Below are positions 9,925-18,474 of a stretch of 64,000 nucleotides of DNA, piece by piece. The position numbers and the translations under genes are program-made. The stretch is taken from positions 32,001 through 96,000 of IMG/VR virus record IMGVR_UViG_3300024331_000152; one strand, written 5' to 3'. The DNA is from a virus. Its lineage: Duplodnaviria > Caudoviricetes. The notes beneath the pieces were generated by a model that ran no database searches, was not told where the DNA came from, and was given only the letters and a program-made list of their open reading frames with translations. Every line of letters starts with the position of its first letter. Positions within the stretch are counted from its first letter, which is position 1.

Positions 9925-9930
9925 TGTTGT

Positions 9931-10019
9931 GCAGGCGTCGTGTCTACTGGAAGACCAAGCGGGCTGTAAACTCGCTGCTCCTTCGAGCTATGGGGGTTCG
10001 ATTCCCTCCGCCTGCACCA
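9931..10019 (+). tRNA. tRNA-Tyr(GTA)
   Basis: GCGGG-CTGTAAA-CTCGC, long variable arm, CCA. Confidence 0.85.
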
Positions 10020-10467
10020 TTTACTTCACGTCTGAGTTGTACCAGCGGATCAGTTTCTTGAACAGGCTAAGCCTGAGAACGAGCAGGCAGTCGGCGCGTT
10101 GTTTCCATGGTCTCAGAACCACGGTGTAAGGCATCTTTCTGTAGACTGTTTTTCCGCCTTTTATTGAGCCGCAATGCCCAACAACTTCGACTGTCCACGT
10201 GCCTAGCCTAGCGCCCGAAGACTGTTTTGGATCTAGCGTGGATACGTCAAACGAATCGACGAACGTCACCGCTTTCCGAAAATCTTTGATCGGTATTGTG
10301 ATGTCGGCACGAGAGAGACCGGTAGACACCATAAATCCGATATTAGTTCCGCTGAACCATATTCTCGCCTCAAGCTCTGGCACTTCGAAGACGGCCACGT
10401 TTACATCCCAATTACCTTCATTTAAATCGCGAGGTTTCATGACGAGAGTATATGCTAAACTGCGCGC

Positions 10468-10731
10468 ATGCCGATCCAGCGCAAGCATGCTGTGTTCTAC
10501 ATCCCTCACACCGGGCTCTACTATACCGGAGCTGGGGAGTTCCTCGACGGCAAAGGCGAAAAAATCAAGTGGGATCGTTCGATCACGGTCTACAATACTC
10601 ATGCCAGAGCCGAGCGAGCCAGAAATAGAATCCTGCAACATAATCCGTTACAGTACGCTCGCGGCGAACTGGTGGTGATCAACGTCGAGATCATCGAAAA
10701 AGAGGATGAGGTAGGAGATGGCTTTCGATAA
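10468..10731 (+). CDS. Hypothetical protein (probably leaderless mRNA)
   Basis: Preceded by TGCTAAACT-GCGCGC-ATG promoter motif. Confidence 0.6.
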   Translation: MPIQRKHAVFYIPHTGLYYTGAGEFLDGKGEKIKWDRSITVYNTHARAERARNRILQHNPLQYARGELVVINVEIIEKEDEVGDGFR

Positions 10732-10933
10732 CGGCTGGCCGAAGCATGTAGTGAATGGCGTCAGATATTCTGTCCATAACGAAGGTGAGTTCAACGGCAC
10801 GACGACGTGGATGGTAAAGCGCTACAACAACCCGAACGATGACGGCAATTACGTTGAGTGTCTGTTCTCTAGCGTCACGAAGGATGAGCTGATAGCGATC
10901 CAGCAGGCGATCAATACCGGATCGTGGGGATGA
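10718..10933 (+). CDS. Hypothetical protein
   Basis: GAGGTAGGAG RBS, coupled to upstream ORF. Confidence 0.55.
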   Translation: MAFDNGWPKHVVNGVRYSVHNEGEFNGTTTWMVKRYNNPNDDGNYVECLFSSVTKDELIAIQQAINTGSWG

Positions 10934-10954
10934 CCGCAGAAGAACTGCGGGACT

Positions 10955-12310
10955 TTAGAACCCGCGCACTTGTGATGCAGGAGCAGCAATATCTCGCGCT
11001 GGCATTTGAGGCGGCAAAGGCGGGGCATTTGCGGCTTTGCGATGAACTCTATCGCTGGGCTGCTGACCGTCATCAGAATCTACAACTTTATCTCGGATTG
11101 GTTCCCGACCAAACAGAAGCGCCTGCGCATCGGCAATAGTCGCCTTTTCGGGAAGCTGGCTGCGAAAATCGTCGTAATTCGAAATAGAGAAAACTTCTTT
11201 TGCTCGCTGGTGAAACCGGCGCAACTCTTCCTCGCGCGCCCAAGTAATATGAAACTCGCGGTCGATTCTTCCCTTGCGCACAAGAGCTGAATCGAGTCTC
11301 TCGCGATGATTCGTAGTGATAATCAGCAATCGTCCCTCGGTTGCAACTACGCCGTCGATCACATTCAGCAGATCCGAAGCGACGATTCCTTTGGTTACCT
11401 CGTCGCCGTCTTTGTCGAATTTGCGCTCCCGGGCGGCAGGCACGCAGTCCACATCCTCGATGAGCAGGATCGACCGATTACAAACGGTATTGATGAGCCT
11501 CTGTAGATCTTCAGAACGTTCAACGCCAGCGACGTTGAGGTAATAAAGTGGAAGCTCTAAATGCGTGGCAAGCGCTTGCACTAAGGATGATTTTCCTGTT
11601 CCCGGAGGACCATAGAAGCAGAAGCCGCGCCGCCATGGGATACCGAGCATTCGGTACTTGTCTTTGATCGACAAAAATTGCTCAATGTCGGTGACAATGG
11701 ATTCTATTTCACCGGCAGGCAGATAGATCGTATCGAGAGAGCGCGGCGACAACTCGCGGCTATCCCACCAGCTCCCTTCGTTGCGGTAGATGAAGAGTTT
11801 CTTTTCGAGTTGGGCATAGAACTCGGCCCGGGCCTCGTCAAGTAAATCAGTGATGATTTGGCGATCCAGCGTTCCCCAGATCGACACTTGGATCGTGCGG
11901 CGCGGACGGAATAGAGACGTCGCACCTTCAGCTATCGCCCCCGGCGTTCCCGGGGCAGAGGCTTCCTTATCGGATGTAAAAATTAGGAGATACCGCTGCT
12001 TGAAGCGCAGATAATAGGTTCCGTAGCGCGGGATCGTTTGATAGTCCATGCCGTCGATGGTGCGCTTGCGCCGGAGCATGAGATCTGTGATGCGCTTCTC
12101 GCGAATACGCTTTTCGGCCCATAGAGCAATCCACATGTAGGCTTCTTCGGTCTCATGCTCTTCGACCGCAACGGCGACATGCAGCTTTCGGAGGAAGTAG
12201 CCAATCGAATAGTTGTAGACGAGAGACCAGAAGTTTCGGAGCCAGCCCAGAGCTACTCCGCCCACCACGAGCAGCCATGGCGAGTCTTTCATCAGTTTTT
12301 GCCAATCCAT
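10955..12310 (-). CDS. BCS1-like membrane-anchored AAA+ ATPase
   Basis: N-terminal TM, GIPWRRGFCFYGPPGTGKSS Walker A, ILLIEDVD Walker B, TTNHRERLDSALVRKGRID. Confidence 0.9.
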   Translation of the reverse strand: MDWQKLMKDSPWLLVVGGVALGWLRNFWSLVYNYSIGYFLRKLHVAVAVEEHETEEAYMWIALWAEKRIREKRITDLMLRRKRTIDGMDYQTIPRYGTYYLRFKQRYLLIFTSDKEASAPGTPGAIAEGATSLFRPRRTIQVSIWGTLDRQIITDLLDEARAEFYAQLEKKLFIYRNEGSWWDSRELSPRSLDTIYLPAGEIESIVTDIEQFLSIKDKYRMLGIPWRRGFCFYGPPGTGKSSLVQALATHLELPLYYLNVAGVERSEDLQRLINTVCNRSILLIEDVDCVPAARERKFDKDGDEVTKGIVASDLLNVIDGVVATEGRLLIITTNHRERLDSALVRKGRIDREFHITWAREEELRRFHQRAKEVFSISNYDDFRSQLPEKATIADAQALLFGREPIRDKVVDSDDGQQPSDRVHRKAANAPPLPPQMPARDIAAPASQVRGF

Positions 12311-12420
12311 TCCGAAATAATAGCGCAGATTTTCCAGAATCTGGAAACGATGCTAAAGTGGTGAGCATTCCGTGGTTCCGGCAACACGTTAAGCAACCGG
12401 AAAATCTGAAAGGTAATCTG

Positions 12421-12858
12421 ATGAATACAAAAGCTACGGCTGGTGTAGATATTTCCGCGTCATCTCCCTCTACAACATTCAGCACGAATGGCCCGGTATC
12501 GAGTTCGGCATCGTCTTTCGATGTTGCTGAAGACTTTCCAATGATCCCACTGCTTGCAAGACCAGAATATGTGCCAGTAGTAACGCACATCGTGAATGCA
12601 AATGTGATACCTAATCTGCGCGTCCTTCTCGCATCAGCGCTGGGTGCTATCGATGCAGCAATCCCAAACAAGGACCAAAATCGTGCGGTGCGGCATATTG
12701 TTCGTACTCAATTCGACGCCGCCTATGCTGATATCTTGCAACGCGCATACCCGACGTGCCAGTTCGGATGGGAAAGCTGTTATGCGGTCGAGCCGGAATT
12801 ATCTCGGTCGAAAGCTTTCAGCGGTCTGACAGTGAGTGCCGGGTCTCCTTCAAAATAA
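12421..12858 (+). CDS. Hypothetical protein
   Basis: Long ORF, start MNTKAT after AAAGGT. Confidence 0.5.
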   Translation: MNTKATAGVDISASSPSTTFSTNGPVSSSASSFDVAEDFPMIPLLARPEYVPVVTHIVNANVIPNLRVLLASALGAIDAAIPNKDQNRAVRHIVRTQFDAAYADILQRAYPTCQFGWESCYAVEPELSRSKAFSGLTVSAGSPSK

Positions 12859-12895
12859 TTTGCGAGCTTAGTGAAACCTGTGGTATTTTAGAGTT

Positions 12896-12970
12896 CGCGG
12901 TCGAGTGGATGGGTCCCACGATGCCCTCATAAGGCATAGATTGCAGGTTCGAACCCTGTGACCGCAACCA
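12896..12970 (+). tRNA. tRNA-Met(CAT), initiator-like
   Basis: ATGCC-CTCATAA-GGCAT, C1:A72 mismatch, CCA. Confidence 0.8.
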
Positions 12971-12980
12971 ATTGACTGGA

Positions 12981-13210
12981 ATCCTCGGGGCAGCGTTGAA
13001 GCGTTACTAGTACGTGGAGCTTGGTAGAGATTCGCCTTGCAGTATCGTCCCCGATAGGGCAAGGATGTGAGGCCGTCACAACTGGAGAGAGAACCGCCGA
13101 TCTCTGACAACGGCTCAGCGGTGACGCTCAGGAGAGACTGAGGATCTTCAAGGAGGACCCGGCATGACGCTTGATTACCGAGATTGCGAATCGCGAGAGT
13201 CGGTCCTCGA
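12981..13210 (+). ncRNA. Candidate structured ncRNA between tRNAs
   Basis: No credible ORF; ATCCTCGG(12981)/CTGAGGAT(13138) closing helix, CCTTGC/GCAAGG and GAGGACC/GGTCCTC helices. Confidence 0.45.
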
Positions 13211-13216
13211 ATCTTT

Positions 13217-13291
13217 GGCTGTGTAGCTCAACCAGAGCACCCGTCTTCAAAACGGTAGGTTGCAGGTATACAACCCCTGTCACAGCCACCA
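13217..13291 (+). tRNA. tRNA with UCA anticodon (UGA-reading; atypical T-loop)
   Basis: CCGT-CTTCAAA-ACGG, acceptor GGCTGTG/CACAGCC, ACCA. Confidence 0.65.
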
Positions 13292-13314
13292 ATTCTCTCG
13301 ACAAAATTTCAAAC

Positions 13315-13390
13315 GGGGTAGTAGCATAGCGGCTAATGCACTTGATTGTCGATCAAGCCATCGCGGGTTCGAGTCCCGTCTGCCCCGCCA
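13315..13390 (+). tRNA. tRNA-Asp(GTC)
   Basis: CTTGA-TTGTCGA-TCAAG, G73 CCA. Confidence 0.85.
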
Positions 13391-13408
13391 TAATTTTCAG
13401 GAGATTCT

Positions 13409-13621
13409 GTGAGCAAGTGGAGCCCAGTAGGTGAAAACGAAACCGGCTTCACTGAAGGTGGAGACCACGGAGAATTCAACTGTGGAAACTGTGTTCACAT
13501 GAAGGATGGCTGCACGCATCCGATCATGAAGGCGATCTCGCAGCGGCCTCGCAAAAAGAACGGAAACGTTGAGGTAGACGAAGATGACTGCTGCACGTTC
13601 GTACGCAGACCGGGAGACTAG
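13409..13621 (+). CDS. Small Cys-rich protein (HiPIP-like cysteine pattern)
   Basis: CGNCVHM..C...VDEDDCC; AGGAG RBS. Confidence 0.45.
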   Translation: MSKWSPVGENETGFTEGGDHGEFNCGNCVHMKDGCTHPIMKAISQRPRKKNGNVEVDEDDCCTFVRRPGD

Positions 13622-14140
13622 ATGATCTGTCCTGATTGCGACAAAGCGGAGATGGTCGAGACTGAAGTGACGCGCGACTTTAAAGTCGGTCGCAAGGAAC
13701 CTGTCACGTTGTCGGCTACGGCGGTAGTTGAGATCTGCCCAGCGTGTAAGTGTGAACTGCACGGCTGGCAGATGGAGAGAGCGAAGTCGCTCGCGATGTC
13801 TAAATGGATGAAGGAAAACCACAGGGTTGACATTAACCCGCCAGAAGATTTGCGGATCGCTCACGCGGCGTCATCGTTTCACCTCAAACAGCTTGAGCAT
13901 GAAGGTAAGGCAGCATGTTTCTATTGCCTACGTTTCTTCAACATCGAGGAGATTGAGGACTGGATCGACAATGAGCAGACGGCGCTCTGTCCGAAGTGTG
14001 GTATTGACTCCGTGATTCCAGAGACGGACAATGTAACACCAGAGTTCCTAAAGCGCATGCAGCAATATTGGTTTGATGCAGGCGCAGACCTTGCAAAGAA
14101 AGATTGTCAGGAGCCTGCTCCTGCAATGCCGGGAACGTAA
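13622..14140 (+). CDS. Double zinc-ribbon protein
   Basis: CPDC..CPAC N-terminal ribbon plus ACFYC...TALCPKCGIDSVI domain. Confidence 0.6.
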   Translation: MICPDCDKAEMVETEVTRDFKVGRKEPVTLSATAVVEICPACKCELHGWQMERAKSLAMSKWMKENHRVDINPPEDLRIAHAASSFHLKQLEHEGKAACFYCLRFFNIEEIEDWIDNEQTALCPKCGIDSVIPETDNVTPEFLKRMQQYWFDAGADLAKKDCQEPAPAMPGT

Positions 14141-14418
14141 TGATGGATAGCGTTCAGGACTGACCTTGCCATCCAACTAACCTTTGGAGATAAAACCCAA
14201 TGGAAGTCAAACGGAAAGAAATTGAAACGCTGATCGAAAAGTCAGCTAAAAGCACACGATTCTGGAGACGCTATGCGTTTTTCTCAGGCGGCATGTAATT
14301 GTGCAAATGCCATACGCTGCTTGCTCGACGCAGAACTCGAACAAGCTTGTTCCGGCCCGAAGTAGACCGGTGGTTGCACCCCGCCTCGCCGCGAGGCTAA
14401 GTCGCGGCAGAGATTTAA

Positions 14419-14735
14419 GCATGTAGAAGGCAACTAATCAGATTTCGGACGTGGGTTCGAATCCCACCGAGTCCACCAATCAGCTAACGCGCCGGGGCGA
14501 AACGCCTTGGTTCAACGAAAGTTCAGCTAAGAGTTAAAGCTGGTCCGTTGGCTGATTTGTGGGCTCGCCAAGGTTTCGACGGGATCAGAAGACGTTGTGC
14601 AGTTCATGCCGAGTGCTGTGGCCTGCGTTAAGGGACACGGAAAAAACAAATGCAGATGCTTCGGCACTGCCGATGGCAGCCTAAAAACTGACGTCTGAGG
14701 GTGGCCGCAATACTCATCAAAGAACCATGCGGCAC
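14419..14735 (+). ncRNA. ssrA: Permuted (two-piece) tmRNA, tag (A)ADASALPMAA
   Basis: 3' acceptor piece TTTCGGACGTGGGTTCGAATCCCACCGAGTCCACCA (ends 14478) precedes 5' piece GGGCTCGCCAAGGTTTCGAC (14561); G3-U70; tag ORF 14652-14684; outer boundaries approximate. Confidence 0.85.
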
Positions 14736-14745
14736 AAATACGCTA

Positions 14746-15150
14746 ATGCCTTACAAAGACAAAATTAAGCGTGCAGAGTATTGGAGGAATTATGTAATTG
14801 CCAACCCTCACGTCAAAACCAGAACTAAGACCGACAGGAAGCGCGAGAACGGCGAGGGCTGGGAGATTAAGAACCGCATCCCCTTCAAGATCTCGTGCTG
14901 CGATTGTGGTCTCGTCCATAATCTGGTTATCGTAGCTCCGAATACGAGAAAGGGCGCAGTCCTTGGCATCGCTGCGGAACGAAACGAGCGCGCAACCGGA
15001 CAGAAGCGCAGACATTTAGTGACGAACAAGCCAGAGACGCCTGAGGAGGCGGCGCGCAGACTAGGCGTGTCGAAGAAACGTCTCGAATCAATTCGCGAAA
15101 TTATGTCGCGCCCTGTGTTACGCTCAAAGCGAAAACACTTGAATCCCTAA
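14746..15150 (+). CDS. Hypothetical protein with CCDCGLVH zinc motif
   Basis: FKISCCDCGLVH motif common in phage proteins. Confidence 0.6.
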   Translation: MPYKDKIKRAEYWRNYVIANPHVKTRTKTDRKRENGEGWEIKNRIPFKISCCDCGLVHNLVIVAPNTRKGAVLGIAAERNERATGQKRRHLVTNKPETPEEAARRLGVSKKRLESIREIMSRPVLRSKRKHLNP

Positions 15151-15222
15151 GGCGTTCAGACCGCGAATCTGAGCGTCTCTTTTTTTCTTGACAACAGGCG
15201 CAGAGTTTCGTACCTTCTGTTC

Positions 15223-15711
15223 ATGCATTGAATCGCCAACACGCATTCATACGTTTTCGTCCGGTACGATCTCTCCCTCGCACAATCTGTAATCCAGTCG
15301 AGCCATGCTACCCATTCGATGGCTAATGGGCTCTCCCAGAGCCCTGAAGTTCCGCATATCGTTCTGATCGGCGTTCCAGACGTCAAGGCCCTTGAACGGG
15401 TCATTCAAAAACTCCGCGACAATCACATTGAATTTGCTGCCTTCGATGAGCCTGACGATAATCTCGGCTTGACGGCGGTCGCTACTGTTCCTCTCAACGA
15501 AGAGCAGAGACTTGTGTTCCAGAACTACAAGATCTGGACTGAAGAAGAATACTTTTACACGCGCGTAGCTCAGTGGTCAGAGCACTCCGGGAGGTTGACG
15601 GAGAGGTCGGCTGTTCGAATCGGTCCGCGCGTACCATGGGCGGTTCATTCGGTGATGTATCCGGTTCGAATCCGGTATCGCCCACCATGCGCGGTTAGCT
15701 CGACTATGTAG
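15223..15711 (+). CDS. PTH2-like peptidyl-tRNA hydrolase with in-frame UGA at codon 3
   Basis: ATG CAT TGA then in-frame YVFVRYDLSLAQSVIQSSHA...IVLIGV...FDEPDDNLGLTAVAT; leaderless promoter TTGACA-17-TACCTT. Confidence 0.7.
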
Positions 15712-15737
15712 AGGGGAAGATCCTCGCCCGCGCTCCA
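15559..15737 (+). ncRNA. Three tandem tRNA-like elements with CCA ends (15559-15636, 15638-15687, 15689-15737)
   Basis: Acceptor stems plus CCA; first has a 9-nt anticodon loop, second is essentially acceptor plus T-arm, third is truncated. Confidence 0.65.
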
Positions 15738-15743
15738 ATTCGA

Positions 15744-15819
15744 GCGCTCGTGGCTCAGCGGCAGAGCGCCGGTCTTCAAAACCGGGTCAGCGTGGGTTCG
15801 AACCTCACCGAGCGCTCCA
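15744..15819 (+). tRNA. tRNA with UCA anticodon (UGA-reading), Gly-like acceptor
   Basis: CCGGT-CTTCAAA-ACCGG; G1-C72, C2-G71, G3-C70, U73; short variable loop. Confidence 0.8.
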
Positions 15820-15926
15820 CTGAAATTTGAGGTAATATATTTCTGCGCGCCGAGCGCGAGACCTGATCAGATCCGTCTCAACGGGCTGGCACGATGTCCA
15901 GCGCATCTAGCAAAAGGAGAATCAAG

Positions 15927-16277
15927 ATGCGTACTCGTTGCAAGTTCCGTGTTGTTGGAATTGAAGATGTTGATCACCAGATCCAGAAAAGGATCTACAA
16001 AGATCAGGTAAGCGCTGAGGAATATGCGGCAATCGAGAGTTCGGAATGGCCAGACCGTAATGGATTTGGGGATATCAGAATGTACAAACTCGTTGGCCTC
16101 GGCCATGCCCAGAACATCCGGCTCGCCGCTCAGTATGATCCATCAATCCCCGAAGATCAGCGCTTTATGGAAGCAACGCCGACTGGAGAGTTGAAGTTTT
16201 ACGTCAGCAACCCAGCAGTGATCGGCGGCTTTCAGATCGGCAAAAATTACTACATTGATCTGATACCATGTGGCTAG
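15927..16277 (+). CDS. Conserved phage hypothetical protein
   Basis: MRTRCKF...EDQRFMEATPTGELKFYVSNPAV..FQIGKNYYID; AAGGAG RBS. Confidence 0.65.
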   Translation: MRTRCKFRVVGIEDVDHQIQKRIYKDQVSAEEYAAIESSEWPDRNGFGDIRMYKLVGLGHAQNIRLAAQYDPSIPEDQRFMEATPTGELKFYVSNPAVIGGFQIGKNYYIDLIPCG

Positions 16278-16305
16278 CAGACCAGTGCCCGACCCTACAC
16301 AGGTC

Positions 16306-16338
16306 AAAAGGCCCATCCAGTTTCTGGACGGGCCTTTT
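16306..16338. terminator. Bidirectional intrinsic terminator between convergent genes
   Basis: AAAAGGCCC-ATCCAGTTTCTGGAC-GGGCCTTTT. Confidence 0.65.
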
Positions 16339-16690
16339 ACTTTACTCGTATCTTCGCTAGCGGTCCGGACGCAATACTCGTGTTCATTTGTCCAGCGATC
16401 ATCTGCTTGGTCTGCACGATGTAGCAGGCCGAGGAATTCTTCGGAATCGCATCAACGTATGCCAGTAGCGTGGTAGGAGATTGCGCGTTGAGCGGGGCGT
16501 AGTTTTTTGCGCTCGTAGCCGGACAGGTTGTTCCTGAGATCATCACACGGCTTACGATGTAGCTGCAAGCTGGCCACCCCGTACCGCAAGTGACAGGCAG
16601 TTGCCATGAGATCGTAACCTTGACGTTGGGCGGCGCGGCTGACGCGTACGTAAAGACGAAAACACCGATGAGAATGATCTTTCGCAGCAT
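16337..16690 (-). CDS. Secreted FN3-like small protein
   Basis: Signal peptide then VTISW..SYIVSR..LNAQSPT..YVD..CYIVQT. Confidence 0.55.
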   Translation of the reverse strand: MLRKIILIGVFVFTYASAAPPNVKVTISWQLPVTCGTGWPACSYIVSRVMISGTTCPATSAKNYAPLNAQSPTTLLAYVDAIPKNSSACYIVQTKQMIAGQMNTSIASGPLAKIRVK

Positions 16691-16843
16691 CGGGAACCCT
16701 CAGAAAATCGTCCAGATTCTGGACCGTGAGCGCAGTATAATACGAAAAGCCAACGGGGCGTCTCTCTAAAGTGGAGACGAATAGTATCAGGTCTTGCCGT
16801 CCGTGACCTGTTTCAAGGCAAATCAAATTGAGACAGGTGAAAA

Positions 16844-17320
16844 ATGGCAGGATACGTGTACCTTATCGGTACGCCAACGTTTCGTTGGTATAAAATCGGC
16901 AAATCCCGCGTTCCTGAGATCAGGATTCAAGATCTCGGAATTCTTCTCCCTTTTAAAATTGAAATTGTTGGTATCTGGAAAGCGCACGACCATACCGCTC
17001 TTGAGTCTCTACTACACGAGCGATACGCCGAAAGAAGAATAAACGGTGAGTGGTTTCACTTCTATCGCGCTGAGGTTATGGGGATATTCGCGTCCCTTCC
17101 TGAAGAAGCGAGGATATTTCCGTCTGGAAATTCCGATTCGTTTTTCGCTAAATTTTCGAACATCGAGCGAGATTGCCCGGAAGGCAAGAGACTTCATTTG
17201 TCTACTAGGAGGGTGCGTGGAAACTTTACAGATGAGCAGAGAGCCTACTTGCGACAAAAAGCGATAGAGGAGCATAAAAAGAAAAAAGCGCTACGGGATG
17301 CAAATAAGAGTATGCTTTAA
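16844..17320 (+). CDS. GIY-YIG (T5orf172-like) nuclease
   Basis: GYVYLI..YKIGKS..RIQDL...LESLLHERYAERRINGEWF. Confidence 0.8.
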   Translation: MAGYVYLIGTPTFRWYKIGKSRVPEIRIQDLGILLPFKIEIVGIWKAHDHTALESLLHERYAERRINGEWFHFYRAEVMGIFASLPEEARIFPSGNSDSFFAKFSNIERDCPEGKRLHLSTRRVRGNFTDEQRAYLRQKAIEEHKKKKALRDANKSML

Positions 17321-17402
17321 GCGTCGGGAAACCGACTATCCAGCAGGCTTGCAACGCGATTGTATGGGGCTTTAGTCTGCGGCCCGTTTCAAGGAGAACC
17401 AA

Positions 17403-18266
17403 ATGATGTATATCAAGCATTTCGTCCTCGCCGTGCGCGTCAACGGTAAAATCCTCAAAGAACATGACCAAGTTGTCCACCTCCCTTTCGGAGCTGAGTA
17501 TGAGCTGTTGCTCAAGAACCTCAACTCGCGCCGCGCGATGGTCGGTGTCTCCATTGACGGCAAGCGTACCAGTGATTGTCGTTTCGTAATTCCAGCTAAC
17601 TCGGAGAGCGTTCTTGAGCGCTACGTCAAAAACGGCAACATGGACTCCGGGAACCGCTTCAAGTTCATCGAACGCACCTCGGCAGTTGAAGAACATCGCG
17701 GAGTGGGATCGGACGACGGTATCGTGCGCGCCGAGTTTTGGGCAGAGCGAGAAGTTGTCACGCTTCCTCGCACAATCATCAATGATTCATGGCTTCCTTC
17801 ATCTCCGTATGATCGCAGGCGTCGCACGCTTGGAAATTCTGGAGGCTTTAGAAGTTTCAGCGGCATCACAGGACAAAGTGTTCCATCTGATGATGTGTCG
17901 TGCATGTACGGTAGTGTTCAAGGTGGAGCTGAGGCCCCGGGATCGAGCTTTAACGTAGGCTCGCTCAATGCGCAGGTGACATACACGTCATCGTTGGGCG
18001 CGGACATGTCGAAGATCGCAGATAACGACGCGGGCATCACCGTCCCGGGCAGCGAGTCGTCGCAGCGCTTCCACTGGACAAACGGCTTCGAGCTGGAGAG
18101 CACAAGCACCGTAATCATACTTCAGCTTCGTGGCGAGATCGGCGGACAGGCTGTTGCTGCGCCGGTCACGGTGGAGTATAAGCCTGTCTGCATCACCTGT
18201 GGCAAGACCAACAAGGGTACCAGCCGTTTCTGTGACCAGTGCGGAACGGCATTGCAAATTCTTTAA
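17403..18266 (+). CDS. Hypothetical protein with C-terminal zinc ribbon
   Basis: AAGGAG RBS; CITCG..SRFCDQCG. Confidence 0.65.
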   Translation: MMYIKHFVLAVRVNGKILKEHDQVVHLPFGAEYELLLKNLNSRRAMVGVSIDGKRTSDCRFVIPANSESVLERYVKNGNMDSGNRFKFIERTSAVEEHRGVGSDDGIVRAEFWAEREVVTLPRTIINDSWLPSSPYDRRRRTLGNSGGFRSFSGITGQSVPSDDVSCMYGSVQGGAEAPGSSFNVGSLNAQVTYTSSLGADMSKIADNDAGITVPGSESSQRFHWTNGFELESTSTVIILQLRGEIGGQAVAAPVTVEYKPVCITCGKTNKGTSRFCDQCGTALQIL

Positions 18267-18274
18267 ATAACCTC

Positions 18275-18467
18275 TTGCAATTTGCGCGCATCATAGGTTA
18301 AGGTAGGAAGCGTTATGAAACTCAACCGAGCCAATTCGAACCATTCGTTTAATCCAGCGGCACAACCGCAGGGTACAACGCGTGTGCGTGGCTCGGCCTG
18401 AACAGCATCCTTTAGCAATGCGATGCAGTACAGACCCCCGAGCCTAGATAATAGACTCGGGGGTTTT
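18275..18467 (+). promoter_or_regulatory. Promoter, leader peptide and attenuator of tRNA operon 2
   Basis: TTGCAA-18-TAAGGT; uORF 18315-18401 MKLNRANSNHSFNPAAQPQGTTRVRGSA; terminator ACCCCCGAG/CTCGGGGGT-TTT; GGCTCGG(18390) pairs CCGAGCC at 18326 or 18438. Confidence 0.8.
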
Positions 18468-18474
18468 GATTGGC

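Noticed and set aside
8829-10129. ORFs overlapping the tRNA clusters on either strand
   Set aside because: Translations of tRNA sequence (GSNP/GFEP motifs), not proteins.
13217-15819. tRNA-Sec or genome-wide UGA recoding
   Set aside because: Both UCA tRNAs have 7-bp acceptors and short variable loops; many genes end in TGA overlapping the next start (for example 27912-27915 and 57838-57842).
15844-15915. Riboswitch upstream of 15927
   Set aside because: Some hairpin potential, but no match to a riboswitch consensus I can recognise.
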